Made by a program: the position numbers and the translations under genes
Origin: a bacterium
GTDB taxonomy: Bacteria > Krumholzibacteriota > Krumholzibacteriia > G020349025
Direction of reading: 5' to 3'
Length of the DNA: 64,000 nucleotides
NCBI GenBank assembly: GCA_031362565.1
Contig: JANLSU010000056.1
Location: 1 to 64,000, forward strand
Shown here: piece by piece, positions 1-13,532 of the stretch
Position numbering within the stretch: the first letter of the stretch is position 1
Layout: every line of letters begins with the position of its first letter
Notes under the pieces: model-generated
Seen by the model: only the letters and a program-made list of their open reading frames with translations
Databases searched by the model: none
What the model was told of the DNA's origin: nothing

Positions 1-257
1 CCCCCGGGACCGAGGGGGAGCATGGCATTTTCCGCGCCGCGCGGGCGGGCGGCCGTAAGGCCGCGCCTCGCGGCGCGGACGACTAACATCCAGGCGATGA
101 ACCCGCCCAAGCCCACACCGAGGACGGCCATCGACACGACCGCGAAACTCAAGTGGTACTGCAAGAGGACACTACAGATGCGCGTCAGCGCCACCTCGAA
201 GGCGAGCGCGGTGGCGGACACGAACGCCATTCCGAATGTGACGCGCGAACGGAGCAT
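1..257 (-). CDS. N-terminal part of a polytopic membrane protein resembling membrane-fused spermidine-synthase/SAM-methyltransferase proteins (runs off the window edge)
   Basis: Not in the ORF track because there is no stop inside the window. Reverse-strand translation from ATG at 257 is MLRSRVTFGMAFVSATALAFEVALTRICSVLLQYHLSFAVVSMAVLGVGLGGFIAW. The ALAFEVALTRI..SV...YH.SF.VVS.A.LG.G.GG pattern is typical of that family's N-terminal TM helices. Confidence 0.7.
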   Translation of the reverse strand, partial: MLRSRVTFGMAFVSATALAFEVALTRICSVLLQYHLSFAVVSMAVLGVGLGGFIAWMLVVRAARRGLTAARPRGAENAMLPLGPG

Positions 258-263
258 CGGCGC

Positions 264-293
264 ATCATACGCGCGCCGCGCGTCTCCAGTCGA
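264..293 (-). promoter_or_regulatory. Putative sigma70 promoter for the 1-257 gene (leaderless arrangement)
   Basis: Minus-strand TCGACT (293-288), 18-nt spacer, TATGAT (269-264), then 6 nt to the ATG at 257. No room for an SD. Confidence 0.5.
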
Positions 294-320
294 GGCCGGT
301 TGCAAGCCGTGCGGGCGCGA

Positions 321-350
321 TTGACCGGCGGCGGCCCGCGCCCGTACGAT
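321..350 (+). promoter_or_regulatory. Putative sigma70 promoter for the GT39 gene (leaderless arrangement)
   Basis: TTGACC (321-326), 18-nt spacer, TACGAT (345-350), then 7 nt to the ATG at 358. No SD. Confidence 0.6.
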
Positions 351-357
351 CGCGTCC

Positions 358-1914
358 ATGAACCCGAAACAAACGCCACCGGACACCGCCTGGGGCCCAC
401 GCATCGTCGCGACACTCGTCGTCCTCACCCACGTCGTCATCAATCTCCGCGACGCCATGTTCCGTGACGAGTTCTACTACTTGGCGTGCGCCGATCACCT
501 GGGGTGGGGCTACGTCGATCATCCGCCCTTGTCGATCGCGGTCTTGTGGGCGATGCGCGCGGTGCTCGGCACGTCGCTTGTGGCGGTGCGGCTCGCCCCG
601 GCGCTCGCCGGCGCCGCGGTTGTGCTCCTTGCGGCTCGCATGGCGCGCGACTGGGGTGCGTCCCGGTACGCACAGCTTCTCGTTGCGACGGCGGTCGCGG
701 TGGCGCCAATCTATGGGAGTCTGTTCGGCTACTTTTCGATGAACGCCTTCGACATGCTGTTTTGGACGCTCGGCGCATTGCTGCTGGCGCGCCTGGCCGC
801 GATGCCTGTTGCAGAGGGTGCGGGCAGGGCCACACGAACCTGGTTGCTGTTCGGTGTCGTCTGCGGGCTCGGACTCCTGAACAAGATCAGCGTCGGCTTT
901 TTCGGTATCGGCGTCGCGGTAGCGCTCGTTCTGACCCCGCTCCGGCGCCATCTCCGCACGCCGGGTCCGTGGCTCGCGCTCGCGGTCGCCGCACTTCTCT
1001 TCTTGCCGCACGTTCTGTGGCAAGTGCAGCACGGCTGGCCGACGCTGGAATTCATTCACAACGCCGAGAGCAGCAAGAATGTGCACGCTTCATTGCGCGG
1101 CTTCTTCGGGGCGCAAGTGCTGCTCTTGCATCCATTCAACGCCCCACTTTGGATCCTGGGCCTGGCGGCGCTGCTCTGGGGCCGCATCGGCAACCGCGAC
1201 CGCGCGCTCGGGATCGTGTACCTGACGGCGTTCACGGTGCTCGTAGCACGCGGCGGGAAGGCCTACTACTTGGCGGGTGCCTATCCGCCGCTCCTTGCAG
1301 CGGGAGCGATCACCGTCGATCGGCTGGTGGCGCGCGTCCGGATGGCGGCGTGGATTCGGCCGTCTCTCATCGCCGTGCTCACTCTGGGTGGGATCTTGCT
1401 GCTGCCATTTTCGGCGCTCGTGCTGCCGGTCGAGACCTTCCTCGCCTATCAGCGCGCGCTGCATATCGAACCGCCGCGTGAAGAAAACCACACGATGGGG
1501 CCACTGCCGCAGTTTCTCGCCGACCGTTGCGGCTGGCAGGAAATGACGGGTGCGGTCGCGAGCGTCTACGCGTCATTGTCCGAAGCCGAGCGTGGCAAGA
1601 CGTTGATCGCGGCAAACAACTACGGAGAAGCCGGCGCGCTCCTCTACTACGGACGGCGGCTCGGGCTCCCGGCCGCCGTCTGCCAGCACAACAGTTTCTA
1701 TCTCTGGGGCCCCGGCAACGTCACGCCGGACGTCGTCATCACCGTCGGCCAAGCGCCCGACGACCTGCACGACACGTTTGAAAGCGTCATCCCGGCGGCG
1801 CAGATCGTGGCGCCCTACGCCATGCCGTACGAAACCCGCCGGCCGATCTGCATCTGCCGCGGCTTGAAGGTCTCACTCGACGCCGCGTGGAAGGACGGCA
1901 AGCACTACGAATGA
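358..1914 (+). CDS. Glycosyltransferase family 39 / ArnT-PMT-like membrane glycosyltransferase (GT-C fold), 518 aa
   Basis: FRDEFYY...GYVDHPPL first-loop motif, many TM helices, GLGLLNK, P..LWQ..HGWP and GKAYY motifs, and a soluble C-terminal domain. Confidence 0.85.
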   Translation: MNPKQTPPDTAWGPRIVATLVVLTHVVINLRDAMFRDEFYYLACADHLGWGYVDHPPLSIAVLWAMRAVLGTSLVAVRLAPALAGAAVVLLAARMARDWGASRYAQLLVATAVAVAPIYGSLFGYFSMNAFDMLFWTLGALLLARLAAMPVAEGAGRATRTWLLFGVVCGLGLLNKISVGFFGIGVAVALVLTPLRRHLRTPGPWLALAVAALLFLPHVLWQVQHGWPTLEFIHNAESSKNVHASLRGFFGAQVLLLHPFNAPLWILGLAALLWGRIGNRDRALGIVYLTAFTVLVARGGKAYYLAGAYPPLLAAGAITVDRLVARVRMAAWIRPSLIAVLTLGGILLLPFSALVLPVETFLAYQRALHIEPPREENHTMGPLPQFLADRCGWQEMTGAVASVYASLSEAERGKTLIAANNYGEAGALLYYGRRLGLPAAVCQHNSFYLWGPGNVTPDVVITVGQAPDDLHDTFESVIPAAQIVAPYAMPYETRRPICICRGLKVSLDAAWKDGKHYE

Positions 1915-1915
1915 G

Positions 1916-3580
1916 CTATCGGGCGCGGAAGATCGGCACCTTTTCGGATAGGAGCGTTCCAGCAACGCGCAGAGTGACGAAGTACACACCTCGCGCGACG
2001 GGTGTCCCGGAAACAGTGCTTCGATCCCAGCTCACGAGATGCATGCCAGGGTCGGAGTGACCGGTCGCGACCATGCTCACAAGTCGGCCGACCACGTCGT
2101 AGACGCTCAAAGCATAATGCTCGTGGCTGTTGCCGGCCGAATAGCGGATCGAGATCGGCCCGGCGCCGTCCTGAAAAACGGCAAGCTTGGGTGTCCCGGG
2201 GGCCCACGCTAGGGCTGCTTGCGCGGGTCCCAAGATCTCTCTTGCTCCGTCGCGTCGCACGCCGACGAGCCGGTACCAGCGACTCGCCGCGTCGCCGACG
2301 GTATCGTCGTCAAACCAATTCGCTTGCGGCGGAAGATCAACGGCGATAGCGGCGAACGGGCCTGACTCATCCGCGGACCGCTCGATCTGAATACTGGCCA
2401 GATCGAAACCGACGGAACTCCGGAAGCGCCACCGAACGTGAACAGTGCCACGAACATCGTCTCGCAGGACCTGAAAGTCCTCGACAAGGACCGGCGTTGT
2501 GTCATCCCAACGCGCGATATAACCCGTAGGCATGTCACCGATCATCGTAAATCGACCGCCAACAAAAACCGACGACGAGGTGGCGAGAATGCAACGAGCG
2601 TTGTCATTCGCGTTCGGGTAGAGTGGCGACCAGCCCTGCCCGTCGAAAACGTATACGGAGCCGTCTGGCGCGATCCCCTCGGCAGACCAGAGCTTGCCCT
2701 GGAACACCGCAAGCTTGCCCGGCGTCCCGCGCCATGGAAGAGACATCGGGCCAAGCGGCGACCAGGTTTGCCCGTCCCATTGCCCAAAGTAGTAAGGTTG
2801 ACCCGACTGCGGATCGGTGAATTCCCCGTTGACAGCGAGGGCGTTGTTGTAAGCGACCAGACCAAACGCGCTTGCCACAGGCGCATCCACCGTGCGCCAC
2901 GAGGTGCCGTTCCACGCTGCAAGCCCGGGAGAAAGAATACCTCCCGCGTGTGAGAAATGACCCGCTACGAGGACTTCTCCATCGAAAACCCCAATGTCCA
3001 AGACCTCGCCATCCACGCCAGATCCGAGCGAATGCCATTGGCTTCCGTCCCACCGTGCGATGCCGCGGGAAGGCAGCCCACCCGCCGTTTCAAACATCCC
3101 ACCAACGTAGAGGTCGTGCCCCACGGTCTTCACGCAGAACACCCACGCGTCAACTCCGCTCCCAAGCGAAGCCCAATCTGTCCCATCCCAAGCAGCAACG
3201 TTATTAGCGGAGTGATTGCCCGCGAAGAGAAACTTGCCTCCGGCGATGAGCTTGTTGTCGAACGTGGTCAGTGCGCTGACTTGTTCCCAACACTCGGGAC
3301 CAGGGCAGCCGTCATGGCGCACCCCGCCGCCCAAAGGCTGCCAACGCGAGCCGTCCCATGCGGCGATGTACCGCAAGACTGTATTGTCCTGCGTGACGAA
3401 GAAGTCGCCGCCGGCAATCAGAACTCCCCGATACATGCAAAGACTGGTTACCCATTGAGTCAACGCACCGGGACCCGTAAAACCACTTTGCCAGCCGGCA
3501 TAGACTGGGCATGCCACGATGATGCACACCGTGAGTCCAACCAGTACGGCTCGTCTGGCCGGCACAAGCGTTCGCAGCAT
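1916..3580 (-). CDS. Secreted WDG-repeat beta-propeller protein with an Fn3/Ig-like domain and a C-terminal FlgD-Ig/T9SS-A-like sorting domain, 554 aa
   Basis: ATG at 3580 with a GAGG SD. Signal peptide (..LVGLTVCIIVACPVYA). Repeated IA.WDG..W..LG.GV / L..GG.F units. C-terminal LSVYDVVGRLV...WDR......VARGVYFVTL tail. Confidence 0.8.
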   Translation of the reverse strand: MLRTLVPARRAVLVGLTVCIIVACPVYAGWQSGFTGPGALTQWVTSLCMYRGVLIAGGDFFVTQDNTVLRYIAAWDGSRWQPLGGGVRHDGCPGPECWEQVSALTTFDNKLIAGGKFLFAGNHSANNVAAWDGTDWASLGSGVDAWVFCVKTVGHDLYVGGMFETAGGLPSRGIARWDGSQWHSLGSGVDGEVLDIGVFDGEVLVAGHFSHAGGILSPGLAAWNGTSWRTVDAPVASAFGLVAYNNALAVNGEFTDPQSGQPYYFGQWDGQTWSPLGPMSLPWRGTPGKLAVFQGKLWSAEGIAPDGSVYVFDGQGWSPLYPNANDNARCILATSSSVFVGGRFTMIGDMPTGYIARWDDTTPVLVEDFQVLRDDVRGTVHVRWRFRSSVGFDLASIQIERSADESGPFAAIAVDLPPQANWFDDDTVGDAASRWYRLVGVRRDGAREILGPAQAALAWAPGTPKLAVFQDGAGPISIRYSAGNSHEHYALSVYDVVGRLVSMVATGHSDPGMHLVSWDRSTVSGTPVARGVYFVTLRVAGTLLSEKVPIFRAR

Positions 3581-3608
3581 GGGACCTCGCTCCGGAGAGG
3601 GCTCTCGA

Positions 3609-3637
3609 ATGGTAACAACAGCAGTGCGAGAAGTCAA
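3609..3637 (-). promoter_or_regulatory. Putative sigma70 promoter for the secreted propeller gene
   Basis: Minus-strand TTGACT (3637-3632), 17-nt spacer, TACCAT (3614-3609) preceded by TGn. Confidence 0.65.
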
Positions 3638-3658
3638 AACGCAGGATCGCAAAAGCGA

Positions 3659-3687
3659 TTGACACGGCGTGCTCTCCGAGGTGTACT
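3659..3687 (+). promoter_or_regulatory. Putative sigma70 promoter for the lipid kinase gene
   Basis: TTGACA (3659-3664), 17-nt spacer, TGTACT (3682-3687). Divergent from the 3609-3637 promoter. Confidence 0.55.
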
Positions 3688-3749
3688 CGGCCGGCTCCTC
3701 AACCATCGGATTTCAAACTGAAGCGGCCGGAACCGAAGAAAACCAGCTT

Positions 3750-4616
3750 ATGCGCCATCTCGTCATCATCAACCCTGCTTCGAGCCGCGGCGACACGGCG
3801 CGCGCCGAGGCGGCGATCCGCGCGGCGTTCACACAACGCGGCTTGGGGTTCGAAATCGTGCACACGGAGCGCAAACGGCACGCCAACGAGATCGTCCGCG
3901 AACGCGGCGCGGAGTTCGAGGGCATCATCGCAGTCGGTGGCGATGGCACGCTGCACGAGGTCGTCCAGGAACTCGACTTGGAACGGCACTGGCTCGGAGT
4001 CGTGCCGCGCGGCAGCGGCAACGACTTCGCATGGATGAACGGCTGGACGACCAATGTGGACGCCTGCGCCGACCGGATTGCAGCCGGCGTCGAGCACCGC
4101 ATCGATCTGGGTTTGTGGGAGGGCGGGCGCTTTCATACAAGCGTCGGGGTCGGGTTCGAAGCCCAGGTCAACTACGAGAGCCATCGCATCAAACACTTGC
4201 GCGGCACCGCCATCTATCTCGCGGCATTGGCGCGCACGTTATCCAACTTGAAGGCCTATCCGGTCACGCTCGACTGGGAGGGCGGCGGGTGGGAAGGCGA
4301 AATGCTGCTGGCGTCGATCGGCAACGGCCGGCGCGTCGGTGGCGCTTTTCTGCTGACGCCGGATGCCCGCAACGACGACGGACTGCTCGACCTCTGCTTT
4401 ACGCCGCGGGTCGGGCTCGCACGCTTGCTCAGCATCTTGCCGCGCACCTTCAAAGGCACGCACGTGCGAGCGCACCCGGTGCAAATGCAACGCGGCGCCC
4501 GTATCCGCATCACGAGCCCAAGCGGTTTTCCGGTGCATGTGGACGGCGAGATGGCGGGGCTCGAAGTACGGCAGCTCGACTTGCGCGTTGCCGCCGGGGC
4601 GTTGCGCACCTTCTAA
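3750..4616 (+). CDS. Diacylglycerol/lipid kinase family protein (YegS/BmrU/DgkB-like), 288 aa
   Basis: IINPAS, GGDGTLHEVV, P.GSGNDFA, GNGRRVGG, DDGLLD and HVDGE motifs. Start taken at ATG 3750 (MRHLVIINP). Confidence 0.92.
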   Translation: MRHLVIINPASSRGDTARAEAAIRAAFTQRGLGFEIVHTERKRHANEIVRERGAEFEGIIAVGGDGTLHEVVQELDLERHWLGVVPRGSGNDFAWMNGWTTNVDACADRIAAGVEHRIDLGLWEGGRFHTSVGVGFEAQVNYESHRIKHLRGTAIYLAALARTLSNLKAYPVTLDWEGGGWEGEMLLASIGNGRRVGGAFLLTPDARNDDGLLDLCFTPRVGLARLLSILPRTFKGTHVRAHPVQMQRGARIRITSPSGFPVHVDGEMAGLEVRQLDLRVAAGALRTF

Positions 4617-4618
4617 AG

Positions 4619-5515
4619 TCAGTCCGAAATGTGCACCACGCCCTGGCGGTGCTTGCCCCAGCGCATGCGGCCCTTAGAATCGCTGTCGTGGCGCAAGAGA
4701 TCGAGCGCGATCTCCGCCGGGTCGCGGGGCAGAGTGGCCTGCAGGCGGGCGCGGTAGGGCTCGAGCGCGGCGGCGGCCGCAGCCGGCATCTGCCCCACGT
4801 AGGGGAACCGGTCGGTGCGACTGCTCGCTTCGAGTTCCGTCCGTAAGGCTCCGAGGGCCGCTTCCTCGGCCGGCGTGCGCTCGGGTTTCGCTTCCAGCGC
4901 CTTTTGCGTGTTCGCCAATTGCCGCGCCACGAGCTTGCCGTAGCGGGCGCGGGCGCTCTCGACTTCTTCGAGGAACTCGACGCGCTTCAACGCCTCACGC
5001 ACCTCGGGCTTGGAGAGCGGGTCCCATTGCAGCCAGGCGAATGACGTCATTCCATAGTAGTAGCAGTACTCGCCTTCGCCCATTTCATTGGCGAGCAGCA
5101 GGCGGTCGCGGGTTCGGAAATAGTCCACCATGCTTCCCGCCATGAGGGTGCCGCCTTTGGCGACGCTCACCGCGTCGACGATCTTTTCCATGACCGGCCG
5201 GCCGTCGGGCCGGGCGCGCTTGACGTCGTGCATGAAAGTCGCGAGGTTGGCAGCGGCGTTGGCGCGGTGGGTCGTGAGGCTCTCGCGCACCGCGACGAAC
5301 TGTTCGATGCGGTCGCGGCCGGCCACACCGCCCAGCGGCGGCACGAACGATTCAGGCGCGCCAAAGCGTTCCTGCAGTTGGGCCTGCATCTGCTCGAGTT
5401 GTTTGGTGTCCGGCAGCTTGCCGCGCACCCAACTGCCCACCAAGATGCCGCCCAGCACGAGCACTGTGAGGCACACACCGACCGCGATCGCGCAGCCGAC
5501 CAAGAGCTTCTTCAC
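4619..5515 (-). CDS. Hypothetical membrane-anchored protein, 298 aa
   Basis: GTG at 5515 preceded by a GGAGG SD. N-terminal KKLLVGC followed by a hydrophobic helix, then a helical soluble domain. No family recognised. Confidence 0.75.
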   Translation of the reverse strand: MKKLLVGCAIAVGVCLTVLVLGGILVGSWVRGKLPDTKQLEQMQAQLQERFGAPESFVPPLGGVAGRDRIEQFVAVRESLTTHRANAAANLATFMHDVKRARPDGRPVMEKIVDAVSVAKGGTLMAGSMVDYFRTRDRLLLANEMGEGEYCYYYGMTSFAWLQWDPLSKPEVREALKRVEFLEEVESARARYGKLVARQLANTQKALEAKPERTPAEEAALGALRTELEASSRTDRFPYVGQMPAAAAAALEPYRARLQATLPRDPAEIALDLLRHDSDSKGRMRWGKHRQGVVHISD

Positions 5516-5688
5516 GTGGCGTCCTCCGGTGCCGGGATGGCGCGACCGTAGCACCCCGGCTGTCGGCGGCGCAAGCGCACCCAATGGCGCACGGCCGCGC
5601 CCCTTGATCCGTGCCGGTCGCATCGGGTAGGGTGGCGCTCCGGCTCGAACCGATGGCGACGCGTTCCTTCAACACATCGAGTGGTCAC

Positions 5689-7368
<1,680 letters not shown>

Positions 7369-7391
7369 GTGCCGTACGCGGAGGCAACGCC

Positions 7392-8027
7392 ATCGGATCC
7401 ATCGTCGAGTTCGTGTTGCATCTGGACAAGCACCTGGCGTCGCTCGTGTCCACGTATGGAACCTGGACGTACGGCATCCTGTGCGCCATCGTATTCTGCG
7501 AGACGGGCCTGGTCATCACGCCGTTCTTGCCCGGTGATTCGCTGCTCTTCGCGGTCGGCGCCATCGCCTCTACCGGCGCCCTGGATGTGCGGGTGGCGGT
7601 CCTGCTCTTGAGCCTGGCGGTCTTCGCCGGCGACAACACCAACTACTGGATCGGACGCCGGCTGGGTCCGCGCGTTTTCCGCGCCGAGAAATCCCGCTTT
7701 CTCGACCGCCGCCACCTGGATCGCACTCACGCCTTTTACGAAAAGCACGGCGGCAAGACCCTGGTCTTCGCGCGTTTCCTGCCGATCATCCGGACATTCG
7801 CGCCCTTCGTGGCTGGAATCGGCCGCATGCGCTACGGGCGCTTCCTCGCCTTCAGCGTCGCCGGCGGCGTGTTCTGGGTGGCGCTCTTCGTTCACGCGGG
7901 CTACTTCTTCGGCAACATCCCGTTCGTGAAGAAGAACTTCTCGGTCGTCATCATGGCGATCATCGTGCTTTCCGTACTCCCCGCCGTCGTCGAAATGTGG
8001 AAGCACCGCCGCAACCGCGCTGCCTGA
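7392..8027 (+). CDS. dedA: DedA family membrane protein
   Basis: FCETGLVITPFLPGDSLLF, GDNTNYWIGR and FARFLPIIRTFAPFVAG. DedA-like sequence (IVEFVLHLDKHL) extends upstream of the GTG at 7413. GGAGG at 7380-7384 sits 7 nt before an in-frame ATC at 7392, so the start is uncertain (7392 ATC or 7413 GTG). Confidence 0.92.
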   Translation: MGSIVEFVLHLDKHLASLVSTYGTWTYGILCAIVFCETGLVITPFLPGDSLLFAVGAIASTGALDVRVAVLLLSLAVFAGDNTNYWIGRRLGPRVFRAEKSRFLDRRHLDRTHAFYEKHGGKTLVFARFLPIIRTFAPFVAGIGRMRYGRFLAFSVAGGVFWVALFVHAGYFFGNIPFVKKNFSVVIMAIIVLSVLPAVVEMWKHRRNRAA

Positions 8028-8033
8028 AGGGGC

Positions 8034-8324
8034 GTGGCGAACGCTTACCGGCGTGAGCACTTCGCGGTCCCGGGCACGCCGCACCGCCTGACACTCGACT
8101 ACGACATCGTGTGCTACGAACAGACGGCCCGCCTGCGGCCGGAGCCGCGTTTCGGCGTACCGTTGTACGGTATGACCGTCATCGAGGCCAAATCGCCGCT
8201 CGGGCGTGAAGATGAAGTGCGGCGCCTGTTGCACCCGCTGCGCTTGCGCGCCACCCGCTCCAGCAAATACGTCACCGGTTGCCAGGCGCTGGGCGTCGTG
8301 ACCGGTGTGCAGGTGGAGGACTGA
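8034..8324 (+). pseudogene. C-terminal fragment of a VTC (polyphosphate polymerase/CYTH-like) domain protein, 96 aa
   Basis: N.YRRE.F....RLTLD.DI, VIEAK and SKYV.G match the C-terminal half of bacterial VTC-domain proteins. The N-terminal ExK/Y.D/K.R.R half is absent. Lies directly upstream of a CotH gene, a common neighbour of VTC genes. Confidence 0.65.
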
Positions 8325-8327
8325 CGC

Positions 8328-9611
8328 ATGCGACCCACCTGGACATGGCTCGTCCTGCCGGCCGCGTCGCTGGCGGGCGGCGCCATCGTCGCCCACCACA
8401 CTGGCGCTGCACCCGGAAGCGCTGTCCAGCACGACTGGGCGGCCATCGACGACGAAAAGTTGGACCGCACCTTCGAATCCCTCGGGACGCCCGACGAACG
8501 GACCGCGTTCGGCGATGACACGAGCCGGCCGGTCGGCAGGCCCGGGCTGCGCGTCGACCTGACCATGAAAAGCGATCAGTTGCGGTTCTTCCGCACCGCC
8601 ACCAAGAACACGCCGCGCCGCCAGGAAGAGGTGGCGATCGCCTTCGACGACGGGCCGGCGCGCACCGCGCTGCTCACCGCGCATGGCTGGAGCACGCAAT
8701 CCACCGATCGCAAGAGTTACGTCGTGCAACTGTTCAAACGCCAGCAGATCACGAACGAGTGCCGCCTGCGCAAATTTCTGCTCGTGAATCTGCTGTACGA
8801 TCACGGCTCGTTCCGCATGGAGACCTGCTACCGCCTGTTGCACGAGATGGGTCTTTTCCCGTCTTATCACGAACTCGTGACGGTGTTCGTGAACGGCCAT
8901 CCGGAAGGGATCTATTTGCTCGTCGAACGCGTCGAGGATGCGGTGCTGCGGACCGAACCCGAAGTCGCCTGCGTGATCCGCCGCCGTTGGAACGAGCGGC
9001 CGGAAATCAAGTTCGCAGGATCGGGCGCCGAGCCCACCGCGGCCTTCGAACGGGCGCACGGCTCGGACACGGGTGCGGTTACGACGGCGGGGCTGGAGCG
9101 GGATCTCGACCTCGACGCGTACCTGTCGTGGCTCGGATTCAACAGTCTCACCTGCAACTCCGACTATCTCGACGAATTGTTCCTGTACCAGACGCGTGGC
9201 GCGGACGGCAACCTGGGCCGGCTGCAACCGGTCGCCTGGGACTACGATGGCATCTTCCACCCGCCGGCGCACCGCAATGCGGCGCTTGGTGACTCGATCC
9301 TGTATGCGTGCGAGTCGGCGATCGACCGGCGCGTGCTCGACGACCCGGCGTTGCACACCCGGTACGCAGACGTGCTGCAACGGCTCCTCACATCGACGCT
9401 CACCGAGGAACACCTCCGCGCCACCGTGGCAGCGGTCGCGGCGACGCTCGAGCAGATCGATACCGGCGCCCCGGCGGACATCCAGACCGCCGAACGGACG
9501 CGGCGCACCGCCGATATCGAGCACTTCACGAGCGCGCTTGTCGCCCGGCGCGCGAGCCTGCTCCGCAACCTGCCTGCCGCCTTAGCGCCCGGCCTTCCGC
9601 CCGGGAACTGA
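8328..9611 (+). CDS. CotH kinase family protein (exported), 427 aa
   Basis: N-terminal signal/TM helix, [23 protein letters not shown] and PVAWDYD motifs of CotH-like kinases. Confidence 0.8.
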   Translation: MRPTWTWLVLPAASLAGGAIVAHHTGAAPGSAVQHDWAAIDDEKLDRTFESLGTPDERTAFGDDTSRPVGRPGLRVDLTMKSDQLRFFRTATKNTPRRQEEVAIAFDDGPARTALLTAHGWSTQSTDRKSYVVQLFKRQQITNECRLRKFLLVNLLYDHGSFRMETCYRLLHEMGLFPSYHELVTVFVNGHPEGIYLLVERVEDAVLRTEPEVACVIRRRWNERPEIKFAGSGAEPTAAFERAHGSDTGAVTTAGLERDLDLDAYLSWLGFNSLTCNSDYLDELFLYQTRGADGNLGRLQPVAWDYDGIFHPPAHRNAALGDSILYACESAIDRRVLDDPALHTRYADVLQRLLTSTLTEEHLRATVAAVAATLEQIDTGAPADIQTAERTRRTADIEHFTSALVARRASLLRNLPAALAPGLPPGN

Positions 9612-9718
9612 AGCCCGAGCCTTCCTGCCGCACCCCGTTTACGAGACGGGGCCGCCAACGTATGTTTCGAGCGGGCTGCCAGCCCTCACCCCGACCGATC
9701 CGGAGCTCCGGCACCATC

Positions 9719-10702
9719 ATGGAGTTCATCGACTACTACTCCGTCTTGGGCGTCGCGCGCGGCGCGACCGCGGATGAGATCGACAGCGCCTATCGCAAGT
9801 TGGCGCGTCAGTTCCATCCAGACGTGAGCAAAGCCAAGAACGCCGAGGAAAAGTTCAAGCAGGTCGGCGAAGCCTACGAGGTTCTCAAGGACCCCGCCAA
9901 GCGAGCGCAGTACGATCAGTACGGCGCGGCGTGGAAGGACGCGCAAGAACACGGCGCGCCGCCGCCCGGGTTCGACGGCTTCCGCAGCCGCCCGCGCAGC
10001 GCCCAACCCAGTGACTTTGCGGCTGAGTTCGGTGGCGGCGGCGACTTCAGCGACTTCTTCCAACAGTTATTCGGAATGGGTGGCGGCACCGCCCAGAGTC
10101 CATTCGGGGGCGGCGGAAGAGGCAGCCGCCAAACGCGGCGCGGTGGCGGCCGGGCCGCGACCGCCGGATTCGATCACGAAGCGCGCATCAGCCTGTCGCT
10201 CGAAGACGCGGCGCACGGCGGCCGGCGCGAAGTTACGATCCGCGAACCCGAGACCGGCGTGACGCGCAAGCTGGCGTTGCAAGTGCCGCGCGGCGTGCGC
10301 GCCGGACAGCGCATTCGCCTCGCGGGACAGGGCACGGCGGGCCAGGGCGGCGCCCCGGGTGACCTCTATCTGCAGGTCGAAATTGCGCCGCATCCGCTCT
10401 TCCGGCTGGAAGGGGCCGACTTGCATACGGTGCTCCCGGTCGCGCCTTGGACGGCGACGCTCGGAGGCACGGCGCTTTTGCGCACCCTCGATGGCAACGT
10501 CAAGGTGAAGGTTCCGGCGGGAACATCGTCGGGGCGGCGCATCCGGCTCGCCGGGCGCGGCTTTCCGAACGGCCATGGCGCCGGCGACCTGTACGCCGAA
10601 ATTCGCGTCCATGTACCCGAACAATTGACGCCCGAGGAACAAGAGTTGTTCGAGAAACTGGCAGCGGCTTCCGTGTTCGTGCCGCCGCCGCAACACGCCT
10701 GA
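9719..10702 (+). CDS. cbpA: DnaJ-class co-chaperone, CbpA type (no zinc finger), 327 aa
   Basis: MEFIDYY..LGV, J-domain HPD, G/F-rich linker with DFSDFF, DnaJ_C ([10 protein letters not shown]...GDLY, PW.A.LG) and no CxxCxGxG repeats. ATG at 9719. Confidence 0.88.
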   Translation: MEFIDYYSVLGVARGATADEIDSAYRKLARQFHPDVSKAKNAEEKFKQVGEAYEVLKDPAKRAQYDQYGAAWKDAQEHGAPPPGFDGFRSRPRSAQPSDFAAEFGGGGDFSDFFQQLFGMGGGTAQSPFGGGGRGSRQTRRGGGRAATAGFDHEARISLSLEDAAHGGRREVTIREPETGVTRKLALQVPRGVRAGQRIRLAGQGTAGQGGAPGDLYLQVEIAPHPLFRLEGADLHTVLPVAPWTATLGGTALLRTLDGNVKVKVPAGTSSGRRIRLAGRGFPNGHGAGDLYAEIRVHVPEQLTPEEQELFEKLAAASVFVPPPQHA

Positions 10703-10728
10703 TTGCTTGCATCGCGGGAGGTTTCCCC

Positions 10729-13359
<2,631 letters not shown>

Positions 13360-13532
13360 CTCCCCCATTTGCGGGTTCCGCCGCAGTCCACTCCTCGACG
13401 CCGCCCAGTCGAGCCGCTACACTCGCGCCTCGCCCGTCCCGTTCGCTGCGCTGCTGTTGCGCCTTGGGCGTTCGAGCGTCCGAAACCCTGCCCCTTTTCG
13501 CGCCGTATAAAGGTCGCGAGCGAGGAGAGTTC

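Noticed and set aside
22..324. 100-aa plus-strand ORF at the window start
   Set aside because: The minus strand encodes a recognisable membrane-protein N-terminus (1-257); this ORF is its shadow.
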